Of a DNA stretch of 64,000 bases, positions 7,755 to 17,485 are shown piece by piece. The DNA is taken from IMG/VR virus record IMGVR_UViG_3300020577_009322, positions 1 through 64,000 of that record; one strand, given 5' to 3'. The notes under the pieces were generated by a model, which did no database searches, was not told the DNA's origin, and saw only the letters and a program-made list of their open reading frames with translations. The position numbers and the translations under genes are program-made. This DNA comes from a virus. Taxonomy: Duplodnaviria > Caudoviricetes. The stretch's first letter is position 1. Every line of letters begins with the position of its first letter.

Positions 7755-10397
7755 TTAACATTTGCTATTTCCACAATCTGAACATACAAGACAACCTTCT
7801 TGCATCTTTAGATTAGTTGATCCACATGAATTACACTTATTTCTACTTACCATTTCTTCCTCTGAGCAATATTTCTTAAGTATGCGTGAAACAGCTTTAC
7901 CAAATGAAACAACTTCTAACTCACATTTATCTATCTGCTCCATAACAAATTGGGGTTTTGCACCGTGTCTTAAGAGAGATGAAATAAGACGTGTTAGCAC
8001 TAGCTCGTCACTTTTAATAGCCATTTGTTGAATATCCTGTATTTCTCCACTATCACATTTAAAAGAATATGAACCTTTCTTAATTTTAATAATCTTTCCC
8101 TCACATGGCTTGGCATTATATTTGTCAGGATCACTAAAGGCAAAAACTTCATATGGTTTTCCATCAACCTTTCCAATAATTACAGCATACTTATTACCTT
8201 TTACTGAGGTAGTAAATAGTTCAGCATCTAATTCTTTAGGACGTTTAGCAGCATCTCTATATTCGAAAGAATTTTCCCTCTTTTCTTTAATCATTACACC
8301 CGTTCTGCAGCCATCTCTATATACAGTAACTCCTTTTAATCCTTTTTCCCATGCATATTTATAAATATCTCCAACTACCTCTTTTTTTACATCATTAGGT
8401 AGATTAAGAGTACTACTAATAGCATTGGTTGTGTATTTCTGTACAATTGATTGAATTTCAATACGTTTTTCCCAATTAATATCATTTGCTGTAGATAAAT
8501 AATAAGGAGACTGTTTGAATAATTCTTCAATAGTTTCCTTGGGTAGATTTTCTATTCCAATAAATGAAGCCTTATCATGAGTTTCTTCAATCCATTCTTT
8601 AAATCCGCCCATTACAACAGGATAGGTCATCCAAGAATCTCCATTCTGATCAGTAAAATCTACCCTAGCATTCTTATCTGAAGGATTAACTTTCTTATTA
8701 CGAAAGTGATAGCAAGAGAATACAGGTTCTATCCCTGCCGAAGTATTAGCCCATTTCTTTAAAAGTGCTACGATTGACACCGTTCCTGTAGGAGCTACAG
8801 TACTCCAACTAACATTTCTTCTACCATACTTGAACATTCTTTTTGCTTGCTTAGGGAATTCATTTACTAACATCTGATAAAAAGAGTTTTTACCCTCTAA
8901 TAAACCTTGTTTGTTAATAAAGAATTCCAAATCTTTATCCCATCCTTCAAATGGACCTCTTTGAATAGCCATATCAATAGTACAATCTAATTCAGCACGC
9001 ATTTTTGTATGCATTACCTTTTCAATGACTTTAATAGCCTCATCACTATCATACTTTAATCCTAGAGCTGCCAGCATATCAGCCATAGCTGTAAATCCAC
9101 AACCGGTTCTTCTGCTTTTACTAGCCACTTCTCTTATATTTTTCCACAGATTTAATTCTGTAGCCTTAATTAGCTCTTCTTCATCATCTGCCTCTATTTT
9201 TTCAATTATTTTATCTACAGCTTCAATTTCAAGATCTACGATATCATCAGCAAAACGTTGCTGAATATAAAATACCTCATATACTTTATCATAATCAATT
9301 TTGGCTGTCTTTTTCCAGTGATTAATCACTACACTAAAAAGATTACCTGCTAATAGTCTACAGGCATCATAGGCCTGCATCCACTGTTCACCGCATGGAT
9401 TACTAGCTATTGGTTTCATGTCCTCATAGACACCCTCTGGACAATAGTTTAGAACTCTATCTATAAATGCCACTCCCGGTTCACCATTTTTCCAAGCCAT
9501 TTCTATTATCAGATCATATAACTCTTTAGCATGAATTCTTAGTACTTGAATTAGCTTAGTTCCTTTCAAGAAACTGCTAGTAATATTAACTATTTTATTG
9601 TAAGGTAGAGGAGGAATAGTGAGTGGATCACATTTAATATTAACTGGGAATGTACAATAGAAATCTTCATCAGCCATTGCAGCTTTCATAAACTCATCTG
9701 TTAACATTGAAGATACATTTGCTCCAGTAACTTTGGTTAAATCCGCCTTCTTACTAACAAATTTAAAAATATCAGGGTGCTTACAAGACATTAATAGCAT
9801 TAGAGCTCCCCTCCTGCCATTCTGGGCAACTTCTCTGGTAGTATTACTATATCTCTCCATAAAAGAGTGAGCCCCTGTAGAGGTTCCTGCTGCATTTTTA
9901 ACAGGTACTCCTTCTGGACGTAATGTATTTAGGTTAGTACCTACTCCACCTCTTCTTTTTTCTAATTGGGCCATTTCCTGATCTGTCTTAAAAATACCCC
10001 CATAACTATCTCTTGGAGGAGGAATAACAAAGCAATTACTTAATGATCCAATAGTATAACTATTTCCAAGCATAGTCATAATAGAACCTTGAGGAATTAT
10101 ATACTTATATCTATTTAAGTACTTAAATATCCAATCCTCTATATCACCTACATTCCCATCTAATTTAGATAATTCTTCAAACAATTCTTTCCCAAATGGA
10201 GATAATTCAGTAGATAGCTTATCAGTTACCCACTTTTGACTCTCAATTTTAGCAAATTCATATGCCATTCTCCAATGCATATGCTCAGGTGTACTTTCTA
10301 GTACATTACCAGACCTATCTTTTAACGCATATTTACCCTGCCACACTCCTGCAGCAAATTCATCTCCATTGTAATAATTCAATAATTCATTTTCCAT
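7755..10397 (-). CDS. nrdJ: Class II (adenosylcobalamin-dependent) ribonucleotide reductase
   Basis: SNCFV, RRGALM, SNPCGEQ, APTGTVS, VTVYRDG motifs; C-terminal CxxC..CxxC. Confidence 0.93.
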   Translation of the reverse strand: MENELLNYYNGDEFAAGVWQGKYALKDRSGNVLESTPEHMHWRMAYEFAKIESQKWVTDKLSTELSPFGKELFEELSKLDGNVGDIEDWIFKYLNRYKYIIPQGSIMTMLGNSYTIGSLSNCFVIPPPRDSYGGIFKTDQEMAQLEKRRGGVGTNLNTLRPEGVPVKNAAGTSTGAHSFMERYSNTTREVAQNGRRGALMLLMSCKHPDIFKFVSKKADLTKVTGANVSSMLTDEFMKAAMADEDFYCTFPVNIKCDPLTIPPLPYNKIVNITSSFLKGTKLIQVLRIHAKELYDLIIEMAWKNGEPGVAFIDRVLNYCPEGVYEDMKPIASNPCGEQWMQAYDACRLLAGNLFSVVINHWKKTAKIDYDKVYEVFYIQQRFADDIVDLEIEAVDKIIEKIEADDEEELIKATELNLWKNIREVASKSRRTGCGFTAMADMLAALGLKYDSDEAIKVIEKVMHTKMRAELDCTIDMAIQRGPFEGWDKDLEFFINKQGLLEGKNSFYQMLVNEFPKQAKRMFKYGRRNVSWSTVAPTGTVSIVALLKKWANTSAGIEPVFSCYHFRNKKVNPSDKNARVDFTDQNGDSWMTYPVVMGGFKEWIEETHDKASFIGIENLPKETIEELFKQSPYYLSTANDINWEKRIEIQSIVQKYTTNAISSTLNLPNDVKKEVVGDIYKYAWEKGLKGVTVYRDGCRTGVMIKEKRENSFEYRDAAKRPKELDAELFTTSVKGNKYAVIIGKVDGKPYEVFAFSDPDKYNAKPCEGKIIKIKKGSYSFKCDSGEIQDIQQMAIKSDELVLTRLISSLLRHGAKPQFVMEQIDKCELEVVSFGKAVSRILKKYCSEEEMVSRNKCNSCGSTNLKMQEGCLVCSDCGNSKC

Positions 10398-10399
10398 AC

Positions 10400-10675
10400 T
10401 TATTTATTTATCTTCTGTTGTGCTACTATCATCATTGCATTACATGCTAAAGCATATAAATGTCCCATTTCCTGTTCATCACTGATATTTCCTTTCATTA
10501 CTTCCATAAAATGTCTTGCTAAAGCGTTCTTTAGTTTTTCTATATCTATTCCTTTTCTCCAGTTATAAGGGGGATATTTTCCTTTATTTAGAGACATTCT
10601 TTTGGCCATTCCTTCAATAAATTCCCAATCCAGCTCATACTCTAATTTTCCATTCTCTTCTTTTATTCCTTCCAT
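10400..10675 (-). CDS. dATP/dGTP diphosphohydrolase-like (DUF5664-type) protein
   Basis: KY..YNWRKG...ALARH...HLYALACNAMM pattern. Confidence 0.75.
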   Translation of the reverse strand: MEGIKEENGKLEYELDWEFIEGMAKRMSLNKGKYPPYNWRKGIDIEKLKNALARHFMEVMKGNISDEQEMGHLYALACNAMMIVAQQKINK

Positions 10676-10685
10676 AACTATTAAT

Positions 10686-10712
10686 AAAAAAGAGGGATTT
10701 ATCTCCCTCTTT
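10686..10712 (-). terminator. Intrinsic terminator
   Basis: AGAGGGA/TCCCTCT hairpin with a U-run on the - strand. Confidence 0.65.
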
Positions 10713-10756
10713 GGTATACGAATATACCATTTTTTCTTCTTTTCTAAAAATAATAT

Positions 10757-10969
10757 TTATTGTTTATGAACATAATTATTTCTTATATTAATTAAATCAT
10801 TTGGTGTAATTTTTTCACCAATCTTTAACACAAGGTTAACATCTAGAAAACATTTTGGTATTGTAAAGGAAAATTTATTACCTGACTCATCTATTCATTC
10901 TAAAAATTCATACACGATTAATGAGTCTGCTTTTCTTTTATTTACATAACCTATCTTCTGAAATTCCAT
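10757..10969 (-). pseudogene. Paralog of 10938..11165 with in-frame TGA at a conserved Trp
   Basis: YEFLE*IDESG aligns to YTFLNWQSESG; both contain IRNNY.H near the end. Confidence 0.65.
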
Positions 10970-11165
10970 GATAATAATTATTTCTTATTTCTATTAATTC
11001 AGCTACTATATAATTTTCAAAAATACATCTATTATTCTTATCAAAATAATATCCTGTTATTTCAGTATGATAATCTCCAGATTCGGACTGCCAATTTAGA
11101 AATGTATATGAATTCCTATCATTAATCTTCTTAATAAGAATATAACCCGGCTTACTGATTTTCAT
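10938..11165 (-). CDS. Hypothetical protein
   Basis: ORF with a tandem paralog downstream. Confidence 0.6.
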   Translation of the reverse strand: MKISKPGYILIKKINDRNSYTFLNWQSESGDYHTEITGYYFDKNNRCIFENYIVAELIEIRNNYYHGISEDRLCK

Positions 11166-12273
11166 ATCTTAAGTTTAACTTAGTTCTTCCGCTATTTAGA
11201 AAGATATCTTTACTTACATTCCATATATTGTTTTCTTCAGCCCAATCTATTTCCTCCATTATTTGATGGACACCTTTATAAGTAGTATATCCTAACTTAA
11301 ATCCATTTAGAGAGGCTTGCAAGTCTTCTTCTGTAGTTTGATAACGTACTGGCCTTCTGTTGTTTGAGGAAGTATCCCCAACAATAAATTCCATTCTTTC
11401 TATAGAGTAGGAGGACATTCCTTCCTCATCTGCCCAATATCTTACTGCTAAGTAATAGAATGCTGCTTGTAAATCATATCTGAACTTAAGATATTGATAT
11501 TCAAATACTTCATTATCATAGATTGTTTTTAAATCTTTTAAATAGATACATTTCTTTACATGATCAATTTTTAATATATCTATTTCACTTTTACAGGAGA
11601 TTTTTTTTCCTGATTTGGTTGTATATATCCATTCTATAGGAAATTTTGGAAAATATTCCTCACTATCATTTTCTACAAAAACTTCTTTAGTAAAAGGGTC
11701 ATTTAATAATGAAATAGCTACCCTCTTTGATTTATCAAGAAGGGATACATCTATTACTGTTTTTCCAGCATTATTTATCTTATAATTAAAGTAATCATAT
11801 GCATTATTTTCAAAATCCTCTAATGCTTGCTCTTCAGTTTTTCCAGAATATCTTCCGATCTCCTTTATTTTATTAAAAGCTTCTGTAAAACGACTCTCAA
11901 ATGAGGTAGTTACCACTCCTTCAATATCAGTATATTTCTGTGTTATGTCAAATAATATATCTGCTAACTGAAATACCTGACCTTTCCCTTTATTTTCCTC
12001 ATACAAAGCAAATTTCTCTTCAAATCTATTATTAAATTCATCTTCATTTGCTCTACAATCTAATAGATAGAAATCTACTAAATCTCCTATACTAAATGAT
12101 ATAGTCTTTCCATTATCTTTAGGACGTCTTCCTAATTTAAATTGTTCAAAAAATTTGACAGGATCACTATCAAATAATTTTATCATAGAACAATTTAAAG
12201 AAGATAGTTGTCTATAATTTATATCTTTTCTCGTTATTTGGGGCTTTTCTCCCATTGAATTTCCTTTAATCAT
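11152..12273 (-). CDS. PD-(D/E)XK exonuclease (RecE/ExoVIII-like)
   Basis: CKSEID..KIDH...I..KDLKT...YDLQAAFY. Confidence 0.8.
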   Translation of the reverse strand: MIKGNSMGEKPQITRKDINYRQLSSLNCSMIKLFDSDPVKFFEQFKLGRRPKDNGKTISFSIGDLVDFYLLDCRANEDEFNNRFEEKFALYEENKGKGQVFQLADILFDITQKYTDIEGVVTTSFESRFTEAFNKIKEIGRYSGKTEEQALEDFENNAYDYFNYKINNAGKTVIDVSLLDKSKRVAISLLNDPFTKEVFVENDSEEYFPKFPIEWIYTTKSGKKISCKSEIDILKIDHVKKCIYLKDLKTIYDNEVFEYQYLKFRYDLQAAFYYLAVRYWADEEGMSSYSIERMEFIVGDTSSNNRRPVRYQTTEEDLQASLNGFKLGYTTYKGVHQIMEEIDWAEENNIWNVSKDIFLNSGRTKLNLRYENQ

Positions 12274-12287
12274 ATCTTCTGTTTTCA

Positions 12288-12295
12288 CAAAGATA
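12288..12295 (-). promoter_or_regulatory. Bacteroidota-type -7 promoter element TATCTTTG
   Basis: TAnnTTTG; downstream AAAACAGAAGA leader shared with recA. Confidence 0.7.
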
Positions 12296-12298
12296 CAA

Positions 12299-12937
12299 TT
12301 ATTTTTTTAACTTTAAATATTCTTGTAGACTTTTTGGCTTAAATTTTAATAATCGTGGGGTTCCTCTTTCTGTTAGAAGATATTTTGTTGGTACAAATAA
12401 TCCTTCAAATATTCTATTTGGTCTAAATAGATTAACATATATATTATGCTTCTGCATTAACCATTTCATTGATTGTACACTCTTTGGTGTAGTGGATGCA
12501 CGAGAGAAATCTGGTTTTACCTCACAGCAAGCTTTATAAAGATTACCTGTATTCTGAGCTACTAATAGATTCTTTTCCCATTTAACACAACTTCCATATA
12601 CCCAGCAAAATATACCAATAGCCTTTTCAGTAAAGTATATATCAAAATCTGGTGTATATGTAACCCCTTGACTGATAGTTTGTGTTACTTGCTTACTTCC
12701 TCTCTTAAGTTTTTCAGCATAACTATGTTGAACAGGATTACATAGAGAATAGGATGGACTTCTTTCTACTCTTTCTACATATCCTAATTTTATTAACTCT
12801 TCTGCAAAATATAAACAAGACAGCTCACAAAAACTTTCATATTCCAATCCCAAGTAAGTTCCTACTTTACCTTCTTTCAGTTTTTTAGTTCTTGGCCGAG
12901 CTGTCTTCCTTGCTGTCTTTGTTCTTTTCTTTTTCAT
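12299..12937 (-). CDS. PD-(D/E)XK endonuclease (resolvase-like)
   Basis: YES..E, YTPDF, EVK motifs; start moved to ATG 12937 after TACATTTG at 12941-12948. Confidence 0.65.
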   Translation of the reverse strand: MKKKRTKTARKTARPRTKKLKEGKVGTYLGLEYESFCELSCLYFAEELIKLGYVERVERSPSYSLCNPVQHSYAEKLKRGSKQVTQTISQGVTYTPDFDIYFTEKAIGIFCWVYGSCVKWEKNLLVAQNTGNLYKACCEVKPDFSRASTTPKSVQSMKWLMQKHNIYVNLFRPNRIFEGLFVPTKYLLTERGTPRLLKFKPKSLQEYLKLKK

Positions 12938-13334
12938 TCTCAAATGTACGATTATTTTTCCGTTCCTGCAAAATTTCTGCCAATTGCATTTCCACTCCAA
13001 CTCTGGCAATTTCCTTTAATGTTCTTTCTTTAGTCCAATACTTATCTGTATCATTCATATGCATAGTATCAAATCCATATACCCAATAATCCTCATTTTT
13101 GTATTTTTCATCTAATTCCTCCCATCTTATTACACTAGCATTGCAACCAAATGTAAATCCACCATGTACATCTATATCAATATCATTATATGCCTTTCCA
13201 AAATAGGGATTATTTTTACTAACCACTACATATCCATTATATTTTCCCCCAAGACTTAATCGTATTCGGCAAGGAAGGGCTTTATAAGTTGCATTATAGT
13301 TCTTTTTAACAAACCAGTCTACTTTATTTACCAT
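12885..13334 (-). CDS. Conserved phage protein (NGYV...VHGG.TF...GFDT.H family)
   Basis: Recognisable motif set; function unknown. Confidence 0.65.
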   Translation of the reverse strand: MVNKVDWFVKKNYNATYKALPCRIRLSLGGKYNGYVVVSKNNPYFGKAYNDIDIDVHGGFTFGCNASVIRWEELDEKYKNEDYWVYGFDTMHMNDTDKYWTKERTLKEIARVGVEMQLAEILQERKNNRTFENEKEKNKDSKEDSSAKN

Positions 13335-13704
13335 ATAAATACCTTTTTATATTTTCCTTCCCAACAGGATTCATACTATGAACAAAATAAGGAGGGTGTA
13401 ATAATTCTCTATCATGACAATATTTAGCTAGCCATTTAGCACAATCTAATCCTGTTTCTTCTACACCCAACTGTTCACTCGTTATATCTAACCAATCCTG
13501 AAATTCTACCGTATAGTGAGAACTTGCTATATCATGATCATAACTAACCACTTCGGGTATTCCTTTTTCTTTAACAATTTTAACAAATTCCGTATAATTT
13601 CTAGCTATCATCCACTCCTCATTATATATTAAATTATTCATATATGTAACACAGTCTACAGGACTCCTTTTATCATCTAAAAATAACTTATACTTCTGTG
13701 TCAT
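13324..13704 (-). CDS. Cyclic-phosphate-processing receiver-like domain protein
   Basis: LFLDD.R.P, SYDHD, TG.DCAKWL, VHSMNPVG. Confidence 0.8.
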   Translation of the reverse strand: MTQKYKLFLDDKRSPVDCVTYMNNLIYNEEWMIARNYTEFVKIVKEKGIPEVVSYDHDIASSHYTVEFQDWLDITSEQLGVEETGLDCAKWLAKYCHDRELLHPPYFVHSMNPVGKENIKRYLYGK

Positions 13705-13857
13705 AACTTTCTTCCCACTCCACTTCAGGGAATCCTAACTCTCTTAATAATTGTAATATATCTTCTTCTGTATAAACTATCTTATTTGGATTTTCCTCAT
13801 TCTCTATTTCTGCATGAGAATGAATAGCAAATAATTTTCTTCCTAATTCTTCTCCTG

Positions 13858-14691
13858 TCATATCTTTACTATTTTATATCGTTTATTTTTATCTACTGAC
13901 CTTTCACCTGTATAAGTTTTCTGTAAAAAAGTATTAAATCCTTCTTGAACAATTTTACAATCAGGATATTCTTCCTGAAGTTGTACCCAGAATCCAAGAC
14001 CTTTACTCGCAAAGTCAGGATAAAATTCTCTCAAATTATCTATAAAGAACCGCCCATCCTTATTACGAAATGTAGGAACGCTATCCATAATACACGCTAT
14101 CTTATGAGCATTTCTTTTAATATCTATATTTAGTAACAATCTCAATGCTAAAATACTCATATCCTTTTCCTTACTATTCATCATTCTATGAAGCCTTATC
14201 CCCATTTCTTCAGTTATATCCTCTTTACCAAAAGATAAATTGATGGGATCATATAAAGGTTTTTCTCCTAAAAGTGATAAATTTCGTGGTGCATCTGGAT
14301 TACGCCAACTATCTTTTATATATACCTCTATTATTCTTCCTCCACTTATTATTCTTTTATGAGAACTATCATCTGTCCAATATCCTTTATCACACTCATA
14401 TAGTTCTTCAGAATATCCACTTCCTACTAAACTTTCTACGTTTGATTTTCTAACTACTACATAATCACAATCCTTAATGTTAGATACCTTAGTAAATCCT
14501 ACCTTATTTAGGTTTCTTATTGGAATATTATCATCCATAATAAATAGCTTACTACTTACAGGAATTTCGTCAACGAATTTAAGATTATTTACTAATCTAT
14601 CCACATCTTCTTTCAAATATACAGTTGCTGTAGAACGTGTCTGTTTTCCATACCAATCTGTTCCAAGTATCTTAATCTTTCTCTCTTTCAT
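13858..14691 (-). CDS. Hypothetical protein with possible BRCT-like region and the shared SxDxE motif
   Basis: Paralogous to 15011 and 16199; RLHRMMNSKEKDMSILALRLL. Confidence 0.6.
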   Translation of the reverse strand: MKERKIKILGTDWYGKQTRSTATVYLKEDVDRLVNNLKFVDEIPVSSKLFIMDDNIPIRNLNKVGFTKVSNIKDCDYVVVRKSNVESLVGSGYSEELYECDKGYWTDDSSHKRIISGGRIIEVYIKDSWRNPDAPRNLSLLGEKPLYDPINLSFGKEDITEEMGIRLHRMMNSKEKDMSILALRLLLNIDIKRNAHKIACIMDSVPTFRNKDGRFFIDNLREFYPDFASKGLGFWVQLQEEYPDCKIVQEGFNTFLQKTYTGERSVDKNKRYKIVKI

Positions 14692-15011
14692 TAATAATAT
14701 GTTTTTACTTTTTCAAACTCTTCCTTTAAATCTAGATACATTTGCAGTTTTTCTTCGTGAGAAGGATTATCTTTTTCTATTAAACGTTTTCTTAACTCTT
14801 TCATTTCACATTTCATTGCTGCATATTTCTCTTTTATATCACTATAACTATCTGATAGTAATTTCTGCCATTCGTCTAGATCTACAGTATCCTCTACAGC
14901 TTGAAAATATCCAGATATATATCCTTCTCTGGCAACATGAAAACAACCCTTTTTCCAAGTAGCTCCGGCATAATCCTCAGCAAACTTTTCTATACGTGTT
15001 AATTCTTTCAT
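14691..15011 (-). CDS. Hypothetical protein
   Basis: Coupled ORF. Confidence 0.55.
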   Translation of the reverse strand: MKELTRIEKFAEDYAGATWKKGCFHVAREGYISGYFQAVEDTVDLDEWQKLLSDSYSDIKEKYAAMKCEMKELRKRLIEKDNPSHEEKLQMYLDLKEEFEKVKTYY

Positions 15012-15649
15012 TATCTTAGATTTACATATTTTTGTTTTAGTGTCTTTACTATACTTTTATAGGTACGAGATTTCTTTATCAAATAAGGTGATTTAATCTG
15101 AGCTAATAATAATACATATTCTTTCTCGTTTATTTGGCTATCAAAGCCAAGTAATATTTCCATTCCTAAATTTAACATCTCTTTGTCTGGAGAAGTAAGC
15201 ATTCCTGCTATTCTATCATATTCTGAATTATCCATTTTCCTTGGAATTTCTCCCTTATAAAGAATATCAGTATCCTTTATGATTGGTTTTCCTGACATTA
15301 CAGCCTCATGACACTTTATTACTTCATTTATATGTTTCAATTTAGTAATTGTATCTATTTCACCAATTTCTCTAGAGTGCCAATTACCACCAAAAAGATT
15401 ATATGGTGTTGATATATATCTTACCTTCTGTGGAAGTAACATAACATCAGCTTCTGCTACATTATATACTATCTTATTATTTGGAAAACTTTTTTTAAAT
15501 TTAGTACGAGGAATATCAGAGAAGGAATCAATATATACCTTTTCACCATCATTTAATTTTCTCTGTAAAAATTTAATATTGTTATGTATATCCGAGTGAA
15601 TCTTATCATAATCTATCTTCTTTATCTTATCTCCTATCTTATATTTCAT
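15011..15649 (-). CDS. Hypothetical protein with possible BRCT-like region and the shared motif
   Basis: RIAGMLTSPDKEMLNLGMEILL. Confidence 0.6.
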   Translation of the reverse strand: MKYKIGDKIKKIDYDKIHSDIHNNIKFLQRKLNDGEKVYIDSFSDIPRTKFKKSFPNNKIVYNVAEADVMLLPQKVRYISTPYNLFGGNWHSREIGEIDTITKLKHINEVIKCHEAVMSGKPIIKDTDILYKGEIPRKMDNSEYDRIAGMLTSPDKEMLNLGMEILLGFDSQINEKEYVLLLAQIKSPYLIKKSRTYKSIVKTLKQKYVNLR

Positions 15650-15659
15650 ATTATGTTCT

Positions 15660-16205
15660 TTAACTTCCTGTAATAAATGAATTAAAACCCTCTTCCTTTA
15701 TCTCCTTCTCTACCTCTATCCCACACGTTTCCATTAAATCTTTAGTATGTTTCTTATTTCCACCAACTGCATATCTACATTTTGCTTCCCATATTACTTC
15801 TAGTGGAGCTACTCTATAGATAAAGTCTTCATATTCAATATGTTGATATCTTCTTCTTGGATCTATTTTAACATCCACATGTACATCTCCTATAGATAAG
15901 AGACAATCAAATTCTTTTCCGACACTGGCTGTTTTCTCTGCTATCATTTCTGCTTTATCAAATAGTATATAGTATGGAACAACTATATCCAAATCTGATT
16001 TACTTGTCTTCCATCTATCTAGTCTTATTCCGTAAAGAAATAATGCAAGACTGCCACCTATAACTACTTCTGGATGCTTTTCAAGCAAGCTTTTAGCCGT
16101 ATCAAGATTAAGATTCTTTTTAATGTCTTCTTCTTCTTTAAGACGAGTAGCTAATGCTTTCATCTCATCATCTCCTGCAAACATTTTCTTTATTTTATCT
16201 AACAT
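15660..16205 (-). CDS. Nucleotidyltransferase (pol-beta superfamily) with N-terminal shared motif
   Basis: VIGGSLAL...SDLDI signature; N-terminal KIKKMFAGDDEMKALATRL. Confidence 0.75.
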   Translation of the reverse strand: MLDKIKKMFAGDDEMKALATRLKEEEDIKKNLNLDTAKSLLEKHPEVVIGGSLALFLYGIRLDRWKTSKSDLDIVVPYYILFDKAEMIAEKTASVGKEFDCLLSIGDVHVDVKIDPRRRYQHIEYEDFIYRVAPLEVIWEAKCRYAVGGNKKHTKDLMETCGIEVEKEIKEEGFNSFITGS

Positions 16206-17071
16206 TCTTTTAGTATTAATTGTTTATCAGTTTTAATATGTGTACGTATCCAGTCGTTAAATGCTGCAATTACAATTACATCATTTGGGCTATCTAATAT
16301 TAGAGTAAACCAAAAAGATGGTGAATGCTTAAGTTCAGTTATATTTCTAAAATCCACCTGTATCTTTCTTAGAATAGTTTTTAATTCTATATTAGTCTTT
16401 CTCTTTGGAGATCTTATCCAGTTTTCCCAATACAGAGCTATCAGTAAACGAATATGACTCTTACATTTATCATAATCGTATCCTGTTAAAATATTCATTC
16501 CCATCTGAATTATTTCAGGATCTGAAGCACCTAACATTTGACCTATACTTTTATAACTTTCCTCAGTAATTACATTATCTGAAGATAAATTAATATCCGT
16601 AATGTCTATTAAACGCTTATCTAATATTTTATCTATTTCTACTGTTCGTTCTACTTCTTTTTCATAATAAGGTTGAGAAAGTATATGACCAAGATTGCTG
16701 TAATCGATTGTATATACATTAGAAGTTGGATCAATACGATAGTTGCCAAACTGTATTTTCCTTTTTAGGAATTCATCTAAAGACATTTTGTCTATTATAA
16801 TTACATCAGCTTTATCTATATCATGTACTATCTTATTCTCTGGAAAACTTTCTTTAAACTTCTTCTTCGGAAAAAGAACATTCGACATAAAATAAACTTT
16901 ATCCCCTTTCATAAGTTCTCTTTCTGTAGTATAACTCTTACTCTTGCTAGTAAAAACTTCATATTCATCTTTTGTAACTACTAGTAGATCCCTTACTACA
17001 TCCTGTCCTTTACCTATTCCATTCTTATAAGAATATTCTATCGTTTTATACTTTATTGTCTGTGTTATCAT
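16199..17071 (-). CDS. Hypothetical protein with possible BRCT-like region and the shared motif
   Basis: SIGQMLGASDPEIIQMGMNILT. Confidence 0.6.
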   Translation of the reverse strand: MITQTIKYKTIEYSYKNGIGKGQDVVRDLLVVTKDEYEVFTSKSKSYTTERELMKGDKVYFMSNVLFPKKKFKESFPENKIVHDIDKADVIIIDKMSLDEFLKRKIQFGNYRIDPTSNVYTIDYSNLGHILSQPYYEKEVERTVEIDKILDKRLIDITDINLSSDNVITEESYKSIGQMLGASDPEIIQMGMNILTGYDYDKCKSHIRLLIALYWENWIRSPKRKTNIELKTILRKIQVDFRNITELKHSPSFWFTLILDSPNDVIVIAAFNDWIRTHIKTDKQLILKEC

Positions 17072-17439
17072 ATTATATTATCTGTTATATTTGTTCTGTT
17101 TAAACGTATATATTCTCTTACTATTTCTCCGACTTCATATGCATTATCTTCCTTAATCAATTCTAATAGTCTTGAAGTATATTTAGTATAATTTTGTAGA
17201 ATACTATATCCTAATAATATCATCTCTCTATCTTCACTATCAATCATTTCCTGAATTTTATTAAGATCAAGAGAAGGATTTCTTCTTCTAACAACATCAA
17301 TCTCTCTATTTATTATTGAGTGTGCCATAAAGTAAACACTTTCATTACTAAGTCCTACTCTAGTCTCAGATGCATACATTTCTGTAGTTAAAAATGGACC
17401 CATACTTGATACAATTCTTATATTATCTGTTATAGGCAT
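17068..17439 (-). CDS. Shared-motif small protein
   Basis: KIQEMIDSEDREMILLGYSILQ. Confidence 0.6.
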   Translation of the reverse strand: MPITDNIRIVSSMGPFLTTEMYASETRVGLSNESVYFMAHSIINREIDVVRRRNPSLDLNKIQEMIDSEDREMILLGYSILQNYTKYTSRLLELIKEDNAYEVGEIVREYIRLNRTNITDNII

Positions 17440-17450
17440 ATTATTAATTT

Positions 17451-17480
17451 AAAAAAGGAGGAAGATTTCTCTTCCCCCTT
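17451..17480 (-). terminator. Intrinsic terminator after the AAA+ gene
   Basis: Hairpin followed by CTCCTTTTTTAAATT; same tail at 48478, 56308 and 59878. Confidence 0.7.
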
Positions 17481-17485
17481 ATTAA

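Noticed and set aside
10400-10675. Z-base (2-aminoadenine) or other modified-base pathway suggested by the DUF5664-like and MazG-like genes
   Set aside because: No purZ or other base-modification enzyme is visible in this window, and these hydrolases are common on their own.
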